DNA of 64,000 nucleotides from contig OX597814.1 of NCBI GenBank assembly GCA_951406725.2, forward strand, positions 58,342,001 through 58,406,000, given 5' to 3'. Below the pieces are notes generated by a model. That model was not told where the DNA came from. It worked only from the letters and a program-made list of their open reading frames with translations, and searched no databases. Positions 52,951 to 64,000 of this stretch are shown here, piece by piece. Origin of the DNA: Octopus vulgaris (Eukaryota). Numbering within the stretch: position 1 is the first letter of the stretch; each line of letters begins with the position of its first letter. The position numbers and the translations under genes were made by a program.

Positions 52951-54210
52951 ACAACAAACTACATACCTCTTCTGATAATTACTTAAAGGCGGTAAAATGA
53001 TCGTATTCGACGTAATATAGTATGATATTATTCTTTTGGTCAATGAACATCTTCCTATCAAATGTTTCTAAAAGGTTTTTGTCCTACACCTCAGTCTTTT
53101 CATGAAAAGATAAAACATATCTTGTAACCATATAATTTCCCTTTGTATAGAGACAAGATTTGTCAAATTTGGAGTGGATAAAAAGAACATCTTCACCGCC
53201 ATTCCAAATCTTAGTTCTCTGCAGGAAAGCTTGCTATTACCTATGGTTAGCACTTCTCAAACAAAAAAAAGAGGCCATGAAGGTGTTAGCTGAGCGCTTT
53301 CAAGGAATTGACTGGGAGGAAGGTGGTGGAAATTAGCTGAAAAACAGGAATGATTATTGTAGGAGAATGCTTATTTATCCGTTCACACACACCCAAACAC
53401 ACATATATAATTGTGTTTGAGTGTACTTATGTACGTGCTTGTGTGCTAAACAAACATTCTAGAGAGTAAAGCGAGATGAACTACAACTCTAATTACGCAT
53501 CTTAAATATCTTATAATATATGATAAAATATCAATCAAATACAAGTACCAGCATCACAATAGAAAATTGACAGAAGTGCATGATTTTAGTCTATATTTAA
53601 TACTCGCCCTGACTTTAACCGTTCTTTGCATCAGTTACTGTAATAAGTATATAGAAACCAAACATTAAAAATATTAGCGTCCAATAAAATCCCCAGTTTC
53701 TCTAAAATAGCTAGTACTTTAAAGTGTATCGTCCTCTTTAAAATCCCCTACTGAGATTATTACTAACAGTGTTACAGAATTCGAGTACTGCAAATTTATA
53801 TGACATTACTCTAATACAACGTCATCGGTATTAGGAATATAGAGACACTCAGGTGACTTTCGTGTTTGTATATTTCCTTTACGTCCCGTTGTATGAATCC
53901 TCTCTCGTGTTGTAGAAATATGTTCAATCTGTTTTAGGGAAGTTGCTTCACCAGACTTTATCTTTCGTTGATTTTGTCATTCGAGGACGAAACTATAACT
54001 GAATAACTGATGGAGCAGTGGATGTAGAAATACGAATCACATAGTGTTACATATGATCGTAACACTAGACATTATAGGAATGCTTGAATTAGTGTGAAAT
54101 TAGTTAAAAGAACTGAAGAATTGGACATAGGTCTGAAGGGGAGCGGAGAATAAAACTGACAAATGGATATGTTCTAAAGACGATTGGGAGATATTTAGTA
54201 GTTGATGGAG

Positions 54211-54396
54211 TGAGGGCGCGTGGCTTAGTGGTTAGGGCATTCGACTCATGATCGTAAGGTTGTGAGTTCGATTCCCGGCGACGCGTTGTGTCCTTGAGCA
54301 AGACACTTTACGTTAATTTCACGAGCAAGCTGTTCCGTTGATCGTATCAGCTGGGACCCTCGTCGTCGTAACCGGCGGAGTCTTAAAGAAAGAAGA
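54211..54396 (+). mobile_element. Short SINE (tRNA head directly fused to tail) with perfect 14-bp TSD
   Basis: TSD agtagttgatggag at 54197-54210 and 54397-54410; A box tggcttagtgg, B box gagttcgattcc. The tail is shared with the 5240 and 41910 copies. Confidence 0.92.
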
Positions 54397-56120
54397 AGTA
54401 GTTGATGGAGCTTCCAGCATACACATTTTAGTGGTTTGCTTGTAATTAAGAAGTGATATTGTGGTGGGAGTCATTGTCGTTAATATGATAATGCACGTTT
54501 CTACAAGATGTTTCGGGCATAAATGGAAATTAGTAGCGATGACATTTTGATTCTTCTGGTATTATCCGTATGTTGTACCAACTTTTTTTCGTTATGTTTC
54601 GTTATATTCTTAACCAATGACAGTTGTTCCATGTTTGATAACAATCTGTACCTGGATCGTGCAACAGAGCGAAATTGTATTTGTTGCTGCTGTTGTTTAG
54701 CTCCACTGATTAAATGCACCTATGCTAAGACAACAATCTCGATTCAATTATCTCGCATTGCGTGTCATGGGTTACGTTATTCAGTGGGTTATTCTTTAAC
54801 ACAACAGGATGCTTGTAAAGAAGACTCAGCAACCATTTCTAGCTAATTGCGTGACCACGTGCGTTCATTTATTACCTGTATTTCCACCTTTAGCTCAGGT
54901 TAACTCCCTTGATCGATATTACTAACCGTGTAGATGGAGTTCGTATCAGTTACATTAATATAAATATTCGGAGTCAGAAAGGGTCAAAATCACCATAACT
55001 CTTCCATTGATTTACAGAAAAAAGCATTTAAAATTGTTCAGCACCTATGTTTATGCTCAGCTGCATGGAACAATTATCCGAATTAGCACATTTTCTTGAT
55101 AAATCTGTCACCAATACAATAACTGGAGGTTAGTTTTCTAAATGCATCTTACACTTCAGGGAATTCTTAAAATATATCTGACATAGTATTAATTACCTAT
55201 GTGCTCGGAATATTTCTGTTTATTTTTTAGTTACGCAATGTAGAAAAGCGTAAAGTTAAAATATAATAACTTTAGGTAAATACTCTTTCAAGCAAAATAT
55301 ATTTTTTCACTCAAAGTAGCATTCATCTACCATTGTGTTAATGCTGTTTTAGTTTTGTATGCGTAAATTTTTTATTGGATTCTCGTTAAAGGTACCATAA
55401 AAGTATTCATACATATATAAAATCATAACTCCTTTATACTTGTAATTGTAAGCGATGCGGGGATGATCATTGTGCTAATCGCCTTTCATACGAATATATA
55501 AGCTTTTCCATTAGAGCTTTTATCGACTTTTTGCTGGAGCAGAGATCTCAAAATACACAAGCTAGGCAACAATCATATTCATCTATTGGCTCTCGGGATG
55601 TTTGCTTAGACTGATCATGACTAAGAACTAAATTCCGTTCGTATATATAGCTTTTAACACATATATATGTTTGCTTTTAATACATGACAGACAATTGTTT
55701 TCAAATGTATCTGAGGTTATATTAACTTTGAGTTCTGAATAATGTTTTCATAATTGTGAGACAGGCACGAGAAACCACTAATCATTTCGTAACACTTGTA
55801 AAATTTCGAAGTTAGTAAAGGTAGATGTGAATGCGAACATTCTTTAAACATTTCAATTCACCAATTCCTCTTTGTGTCCATACATTTTTGCACGCTTATG
55901 ACCATATATATACTATTTTCTATGAGTAGATGATTTTGTGTAGCTTCCTATTATTAAGAATTTCTCATTCATTTTAAGATATATGAGAAATTACGATAAA
56001 CATGTTTATAGATATTATGAGTTCCTGCTTACAAATAACCATTAAACTTCAGTGGAAACCTGTATTGGATGTTCTAAGTGCATTTCGAAGCCTAACCGGA
56101 CCGGTCATCAGAACACTTTA

Positions 56121-56127
56121 TTGTATG

Positions 56128-56161
<34 letters not shown>

Positions 56162-56290
56162 TGTATGTATGTATGTATGTATGTATGTATGTATTTATGT
56201 ATGCATGTATGTATGTATGTATGTATGTATGAATGTAAGTATTATGTATGTATGCATGTATGCATGTATGATGTACGCATATGTATATGA
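56121..56290. repeat. (TATG)n microsatellite
   Basis: Directly visible. Confidence 0.95.
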
Positions 56291-57079
56291 AGGCATGTAT
56301 AGAGAGCGTTGTTATATATGTGGGGGAAAATTAAACGTTTTAAGAAAATTTAAGCGCTTGACATTTTAATGTTAGAAAGACAATCTTATTTGCAATGAAA
56401 CAAATATGACTTTCTATATGCAAAGCAGTCTATTCATTGTCGCAGTCACTGTGGAAATTTATAGAAGTACAATAGTTTGTGTTTGTCTATCTGAGTATTC
56501 GCTTTAATGTTATTGGCCCAAAAGGTATTCGATCTGTACTTTTTACTTCAAGCATTATTCAGCACGTATTTCAGTTTTTCTAAGGCTTCGTTGAGAAATA
56601 GCAGTATTGTTTCAGGACAAGCAAATAAGCATCGATGGTGTCAGACTGAGATGAAATTACTGAAAATATAATGAGAATGACAAAAAATTTCGCCCTTCTT
56701 CAGGAGTACTTGTATCATCGGGAATAAATGCCCCATAAAAGAAAAGATTAAGGAATCTAAACGGAGTGTTTTATAAATTATCACTAGGAACCATAATTAT
56801 GCAGGAACAAACATAATCTTTATATGCAATGTCGTTCTAGGCAATAAATACAATTTGACATTTTTATGCTTGATAAGGCCTGAAAACAAACGCTTTCAGA
56901 AAACTGAATTTACAGGGTGGAGTGATATACTTTGTTATTTATAGCGCTTGACCAATATTTCATTTTATGGAACCCGAAATGAATAAAAAAACAGGTAAAG
57001 TTGAAATCGGCGAGATTTGATATTAGAACTAAAGTATTAAAAATAAATGACACAATATAATTGTCTGGAGTTCCATCCA

Positions 57080-57288
57080 TATTGGTTTCAAATTTTGGTA
57101 CAAGGCTAGCAAATGTTTTTTGAAGTTGTTTGCCTCGGACGCAGAGCTCATCTGGAACTTATTTTATTGAGCCCGAAGGGTGAAGGGCAAAGGTGACTTC
57201 GGTGGAATTTGAACTGAGAAGGTAAGAACGGACGAAATGCTGCTAAGTATTTTTCCCGGTGTGCTAACAATTCTGCTGGCTCACCGCT
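57080..57288 (-). mobile_element. SINE (8562-type head and core, alternative tail as at 45455)
   Basis: Minus strand gcggtgagccagcagaattgttagcacaccggg...cttagcagcatttcgtcc...gttcaaattccaccgaagtcacctttgcccttcacccttcggg...gccttgtaccaaaatttgaaaccaat. Confidence 0.8.
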
Positions 57289-59099
57289 TTGAACTCTACT
57301 CATAGTAAGATACGATAAGAAGATTCATGGCTAATTGTCACTATTTGTACATACATCTTTCTACCTTCAATCATTTTAAAATGTACTAATCGTACACATA
57401 ATGAAAGAATTAAAAAAAAATAAAAAAAATAACTCGTGCACCATTTGGTCTCTAGTGTATGGCAACTGGGTTATTCTTAATAAATTGGTAGTTAATTGTT
57501 CAGATAAATAGCTCTTCTTGAGTTTTAGGAATCCTTGCAGACGAGAATGGACATTTAGGGAAATTGCTTCAATCTACGAAGATTCTATAGATACCAGAAC
57601 AAAAACAACAACAGAATAATCAATGATTGTATCTCTATTATTGATTGATTGATTTATATAAATACAGCATTTTCTTCTAATACTGAGTGCTTCACAAATA
57701 GATCATTCTGTGAATATATATACATATATTATATATTTAACATGATTATCTGGAAAAGAGATGAAAGCGTTAAATAAGTAACCAAGATTCTCCTTTCTTG
57801 ATATACAATATTGGTACATTTCAGTCTGTGTATACACACACACATGTGCGCGCACACATACATAATACATATTAGCCGATCATTCGCCGTTCGAGCAGTC
57901 CTCACTGACGATGCCTAAAGCACAGTCTAAACTAGATCGTATGTGGGGATATTCGAGTCGGACATGGTGCGGCCGCCTCCCCAATAAGTATGTGTGTATA
58001 CATTTTCCGCTCTTCTTACAGTATTAAGTGTATTTTAACATGCAACAAAGTTTGTGCTTCGTCGCCTTACTCACACTTACTAGCGATTGAGTTTTTCCTT
58101 TATGGTATCACTTTGCGCCTGGCTGTTTATATAGATTTTTACACATACGTGCGTACGCAGTTGCAGTTGCAGTTCCGTTTTCCAAGGAATGAGTTGTGTA
58201 GAATTAGTAATAGAAAGCTGGTCTTGTACATGATGTTTCAGGTAAAATAATATCCCATCATCAGAGAATTCGTATGTTGTTATTTAAAATGGATAGTGTA
58301 CACATATTAATTCCATGTGTTGTTCATTCAAAAGGATCTTGTAGCATAAATGAATTTTGGGAATTCTACTGGTAAGGGGAATTAGATATTGAGAAAAATG
58401 AATAGATAAGAATATTAGTAGGAAGAAAGAAGTATGCATGGGAGATATTGGTGTTGGTCAAAGGAATAAAGAAAGTAGTATTCTTAATAGAGGTAGGGTA
58501 GGAAAAAGAAAAAGAGAAAAAAGAAAAAAGGAGTGCTGGATGCTGGTCAAGATATTATAAGAGGTGGGGAGGGAGAGCTATCAATAGATAAAAAGAATAG
58601 GAGATGGATACAAGGAAGATATAAGAAGCTAAAAAGGAGTATTTGTGAGAAGCTGGAGGAGAGAGGAGAGATTTGAAAAAGCACTAATGTGAGATTGATA
58701 CAGAATGTGATACAGGGGGAAGGGGATTACTAAATGTGAGTAGTAAACCTCGAGCTTGATGGGAAGGAGTGAAATAAGAAGGAAGAGTGCTAGAAATTAA
58801 GGGTGAATGTAGAGATTTAATGGTAGGTGTTTCTAAGAAATCAGAGGGTGTATTACCTAAGGTAAAAGAGGACAATTATAGTGGCAACTGAAAACTATAA
58901 TGAGGGAAAGGAAAATATGTATATATATACACACATATATATGCAAACGCGCACACACATGCATATATATGTATATATACGCACATGGATATAGGCCCGC
59001 ATACTCTCACACAGACACATACAAAAACACACACACATATATACATATATATGTATACCCTTACACACACACATATGAAACAATTAAAGGGTAAATAAT

Positions 59100-59680
59100 T
59101 AAATAATTTTAAAAATTAAGAAATTAAAATGTCAAATAAGGTTGTTCGATGTTACCTAGGAGTATTCGGTATATGTAATGTGTAGTTTATTTGCATTTGG
59201 ATCTGTGGTAAAATTTGAAGGTGTGAAAAAAGTGGTGGTAGCATGTAGCTGGGGCCTCATTATAATTATTTAGTAATAGTGAAGAATTATGTTTTAATAT
59301 ATGGCATGACCCTTTCAGGCATAACTTGCATTCTGTGATTTGACACTGGTAATGGAAGTTCTGAATTGATTAAGGACCATCATATGTTATATCCTATTTT
59401 GAAGAAGATGTATTTGACTGGCGAGGATTGCGGATTTACTGTGATTCTCTTGTCTAAAAGAATTAAGATTTGCAGAGTCTCTCTCTTTGAAGTTTATGGT
59501 GTACCCTATATATATGCTTGTGGAATTGTCTGGCGTGTTGAGGACGGTGCATTTGTAAATTACATTAAACATTCTGCAAAGGGCTTGTAGAAGGCATATA
59601 GTCCCATGGCAGCAGTGACATAGTTAGAGATAGGGGTAGATTGGGCTATGTTGTTGTTGTTATTGTTGTTGTTGTTGTTG

Positions 59681-59723
<43 letters not shown>

Positions 59724-59807
59724 CATTATTATTATTATCATTATTATCATTATTATTATTATTAATATTATTATTATTAATATTGTTATTATTATTATTA
59801 TTATTAA

Positions 59808-59865
<58 letters not shown>

Positions 59866-61130
59866 TCTATCGTTGTTATTATTTATCCTATCTGTATTTG
59901 TGGTGGAGGTCACGGTGCTAGTAATCTGGTTAGAGTTGGTAGGATTGGTTGGGCCTTCCTTATAGTTTAAAGTATTGGGATCGATGTTGGAGCGATGTGT
60001 GTCTTGGGCGCTAGTGTATTCAGAATAGTTTTGGTGTATATTTTGAAACTAGAGAGAAAGTTTTCGTCTATTAGAGGCCGTTATAATAGACTGTAAATTG
60101 GGCGAAGAAGAGTAGGATAACCTAAATTTGGATCTATTAAAGATAGATTAATATTTATGTTGACGAAGGAAGTTAGAGTCTAATATATTGAAAAAAGGAT
60201 TTGGCTAAGTTCTTAACATTTAATGAGAAGAGAAGTGTATACCACAGAATTGAGCGTCCACCGCTTTTTTGCTTGGCTGCTTGGGGTGGGGCATTATAGA
60301 GCCCTTTATTGTTAGCTGCTTTTGATTTTGACCTAATGTTATATGTTTGTGGGGTCTAAGCTGTCGGAATCTGTGTTCTTCCTGGGTTCTAGTATAGTGT
60401 CTGTTATGATTAGGATGGTTAGCATGTCGTGGTGATATGACGTGGGATATATATTGTTTGAGCCTAGTATTAGAGATGTATTTTATTTGATGGGAGAAGC
60501 CGCTGGCAGCGAGCGCCTGGTTGAATTATTGAATATTTCTTCAGTGTCTAAGAAGTCAGCTATACGTACTGAAATGCCCTTAACTATATTATCGAGGGGT
60601 GACTTGTGGTGACTGGTGTTAATGTTTAAATACTTATGTTACTGGTTGAGTTTAAGATATGGGGATTATCGGGAAGTTTCTAAGTTCAAAGTAACGCCGA
60701 AAAAAATAGCTGTTTGCGAGAGTTTTCAAAAGTAATAGTTAGATGGATGTTAGAGAAGAATTTGTATAGATCTTTCCTAATTCATCCTAAAACGGATTTA
60801 TTTCCGCCCTTGGTGACTAGCAAAGCGTCATCTCTGTACAGACCTCCCTTGATATTAGGGAATTATGTTCGGAACTGATGGAGTAAGTATAGACCAATGA
60901 AGTCCGTAACCTGAGCAGAGTCAGATGATCCGATAGTAATGTCGAAGAAGTTGCTATAGTTATTGTTAGTGTTATATGGGTTGCCCGGCACCAGGGCATT
61001 TCCTCGGAAGAAATGAGCGTTTTTCAGGAGTTAAGAATTATATTAATGGGGTTAGATTAGCTATATTTTTAGCTAGAAGAAAGGCTGTGTCTATTAGTTT
61101 AGTGGAAGTAAATGAGTAGTAATTATTTAT
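59100..61130 (-). mobile_element. Decayed Penelope-like element (RT, thumb, linker, GIY-YIG), possibly Hydra-type clade
   Basis: Minus strand gives FDITIGSSDSAQVTDFIGLYLL and GGLYRDDALL (about 60820-60950), ILWY..LFSLNVK...SIFNRSKFRLSYSSSPNL (about 60095-60255), CHC...C.L...CRMFNVIYKCTV...YIGYT and CKLCLK. Clade assignment is from memory. Confidence 0.88.
59649..59885. repeat. (TTG)n/(TTA)n trinucleotide repeat within the PLE linker
   Basis: Directly visible; reads as poly-Asn on the element strand. Confidence 0.95.
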
Positions 61131-61219
61131 ATCAAATTGTAGGAATGAAGAAGAATGTTTGTTATTCAAGATATGAAACCATGTTATGACTTCCCTTGTA
61201 CAGGATCATACATATATAC

Positions 61220-61254
<35 letters not shown>

Positions 61255-61518
61255 AATATGTGCAGGTATATAAGTATGAAGATACATATACACGCGCACG
61301 ATCAAACACAGATACACACACATTTATTGAACATGTAGTGTGTATAATGTGTTTCTATATAAAAAGTGTTGTTCTTTAACCAGTGATCAGTCAGTGATCT
61401 AGTAAGTCTACGATCTAATACATTGCAAGTTTGTTTCTTGGTGTAATGAATCCATCATCACTTAATCCGACTTAGACATTTTTATAACGTAAATTCTAAA
61501 AAAAATTAGCTGTTGTTT

Positions 61519-61780
61519 CTATGAGACCAAATGGTGGAAAAGCACGCTGATTTTACTCTTGTAGACAATGTTCCGGAAGTATATGCTTATGTGGGTTGGG
61601 ACCGTAATCGAGGTTCTGCTTAAATTCTTTAGGGAACTATGGAAATGCGAATCGGTTGAGAACCTGGGACCAGGAAAATAATTGACGGATAAATAAATGA
61701 GTTTAGAACAAATTTTGTGATTGGTATACTTATAGAAAAGGGGATGGATTGTTTGTGACAAACACTTTGGTAAGAGAGTT
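61519..61780 (-). pseudogene. Probable Penelope thumb/linker fragment
   Basis: IHPLFYK...I..KLIYL.VNYFP...HFH loosely parallels the 60095-60255 motif. Confidence 0.4.
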
Positions 61781-61845
61781 AATATCTTTTAGAGTAACAG
61801 AAGTGACAAAGAACACCCCATGGTGATGTGCAGATGTTATTGTTG

Positions 61846-62045
61846 TTGTTGTTGGTCGCCCCGGGCCAACCCTCATCGAGCAGGTTTATGGTCAACAACA
61901 TTCTAACTGTAACTAAGAATATTTTTCGGATAAATTTTACTGTATTTTCTTTTTCTTTTTCATTTTGCATGGAGTATGAAGCGATATGAAAGAGATTTGT
62001 CTCCTATATCTAGCAAGTCGGGGAACTAACAGGCCCTTGCTGGTG
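61846..62045. repeat. Old dispersed repeat (17085/27313/46428 family)
   Basis: (TTG)n then gccccgggccaaccctcatcgagcaggtttatggtcaa...gagatttgtctcctatatctagcaagtcg. Confidence 0.5.
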
Positions 62046-62444
62046 AAGATTTGAGAATAACATATGTCAGTAGAAATTATAGTATTGATCGTGGGGGAAT
62101 AAACTGCAAATAACATGGTCAGTGTTGATTTCAGAATGCAAAAAAGTTGTAAACTAAACTCTAACAGATGGCTAAGTAGAAATTCTACTTTGTCTGCCAG
62201 ACGCCCATTTAGAATTATAGTTATTATACCTAAAATTGCTATAATGTATTATGTGTTGATTCAAGTGTAGTTTTGTATTTAAACGATGGCGAAAGTATTT
62301 ACCTATCTATCTGGTTAGCTGTCACCATATTTTCAGTAAGCCCTATTGCTTCTTTTCATATCTAGTAAACAACAAATAAGCCATAGTATCCCCCCTCCAT
62401 TTCTCTTTCTCTCAGTACCTCATAACACACACATGCGGGGAGGC

Positions 62445-62588
62445 GCGCACACGCACACACACGCGCACACGCACACACACGCGCACACGCACACACACGC
62501 GCACACGCACACACACGCGCACACGCACACACACGCGCACACGCACACACACGCGCACACGCACACACACGCGCACACGCACACACAC
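62445..62588. repeat. 18-bp minisatellite, 8 perfect copies of gcgcacacgcacacacac
   Basis: Counted directly; strictly alternating purine-pyrimidine. Confidence 0.95.
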
Positions 62589-62593
62589 GCGCG

Positions 62594-62629
<36 letters not shown>

Positions 62630-63059
62630 AATGAGGAACAAAGATATACAGGTGTACATCTTTGTTACACGTGTAGATATTTGTTACTAATATATTCTGT
62701 TCACCTTACTAGGAATCTGAATTTCGGAAATGCAATAGAATGTACCTTTAGAAAAGTATTTGTTGGAATTACCAAGAGCGGATATCTTCACTTAGCTGGG
62801 TTGCGTTGTCTGCACACACGGCAGGAATATCAGGTACACACACCCTGCACGGAATCTTGATATTCAATATCTAATTAATATTGCTTGTGTGTGCGGATTA
62901 TACCGAGCTAGCAAGGTACTTCAATTTAAGTACCAAATTATATATATATATTTATATATATATATGGTAGAAAAGAATAGAAAGTCTTTCGTACACTATC
63001 ACATATTGGAAAAATGCATAGAAATGGCTTTTCTGATAATTTTTCCCCTTTAATAATTA

Positions 63060-63760
63060 ATAATTTAAATGCACATCGGACTCGAATTCGGTTTTAGGAA
63101 ATATACTTAACTAGAGATAACAGAGCCCATGAAAAAGTGCAAAAGATTGCTTGGGGAATCTCCAGACGTCAAATTGTATTTTGAATTAATTTGTTACTAA
63201 TGTCACAGTGATGACTAGGATACGACCAGTCATGTGCTTTGGGATGGTAATGGCGAAAACCTAGGATAACTTGACCAAAGTGATTGCGTTCATATAAAAA
63301 AAGGAGTAATCGTTTAATGCGTTGATATGTGGAATAGTAATATGAAATAGGTGGAATGCCGTAGTTTGGTGCGTAAGAATGCCAATATAGTAGAGTGGTA
63401 CCCGGGGAGAAAGGAAATGAATGTTTGTGCATATGAAAATTGAATACCAAGTGAATTCGAAACTAAGGGTGTCGCAACTGGTGACATGAATTACTGGATT
63501 GGATAGCCACTTTCTGTGAATTGTTGGAGCATTTGATGCATTCGGGAATTAAAACCGGTCTCATTGCTACCGAGGTGGCGAATTATGATATAATTGTAGA
63601 TGAAATGAGCTATGCGTGGGTCTTATTTTGCACATACATAGCTAGAGCAGTATGTTGATTATTTCAAAAGGTATCGGAAAATTAGCAAGAGTGATAGAAA
63701 AAGGTAAATTTAAAATCCATAGCAGGGTGGAAATACAGATATACTCACATCAACTGACAC
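63060..63760 (-). pseudogene. Possible heavily decayed Penelope RT fragment
   Basis: DFKF.FFYHS (cf. FDI..FYPS) near 63700 and a C/T/A-rich minus-strand composition like the other PLE relics; weak. Confidence 0.3.
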
Positions 63761-64000
63761 ATAATCCTTCCAGACTGGAAAAAAAGCTTCGGTTTTAAAG
63801 CAATCTAGTTTTGTACACTTTTTATTCATTTAACACGTAGTTTTCACAGTAAACGTGACTATACGAGAAATTTCGATTCTCTTCAAATATTCTTTATTTT
63901 ATTTTTTTTAGTGGAGATTCACGATTTGAAATGTTGAATTCTTCTCACATTCTTCATCACACCATAAAATTAATTACTGTGCATTCCTGCTTTGTTGTCT

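Noticed and set aside
54211-54285. tRNA gene calls for SINE heads (also 15285-15357 and 42175-42243)
   Set aside because: A and B boxes are present, but there is no complete acceptor stem and each continues into a SINE body; two have TSDs.
54501-54846. Overlapping 72-aa and 107-aa ORFs with poly-Q or poly-C
   Set aside because: Driven by a short (TGC/TGT)n tract, with no domain evidence.

Overview
This is AT-rich, microsatellite-dense eukaryotic DNA made almost entirely of transposable elements and their remnants. The SINE types and the (TA)n/(TATC)n load suggest an octopus or other coleoid cephalopod genome, which is an inference and was not verified. I could not support any host protein-coding exon; most ORFs in the track are translated microsatellites. 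The centrepiece is an apparently full-length, young Tx1/L1-group non-LTR retrotransposon (about 32323-38210). It has a zinc-knuckle ORF1 with one -1 frame break and an intact 1149-aa APE-RT-CCHC ORF2. It sits inside a (TATC)n array that also received a young 5'-truncated RTE-type LINE. Its last ~35 nt are shared with the 3' tail of a tRNA-derived SINE family in the same window, pointing to a Tx1-SINE partnership. The window also holds several Penelope-like (RT and GIY-YIG) relics, including a type I hammerhead ribozyme that can be rebuilt from two complementary copies, and several long fold-back hairpins anchored in (TA)n tracts. Other elements are modular SINEs with swapped heads and tails, R4/Dong- and Hero-like LINE relics, mariner and hAT derivatives, and a ~100-bp Helitron-like element. 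All alignments were done by eye, so boundaries of decayed elements are approximate.
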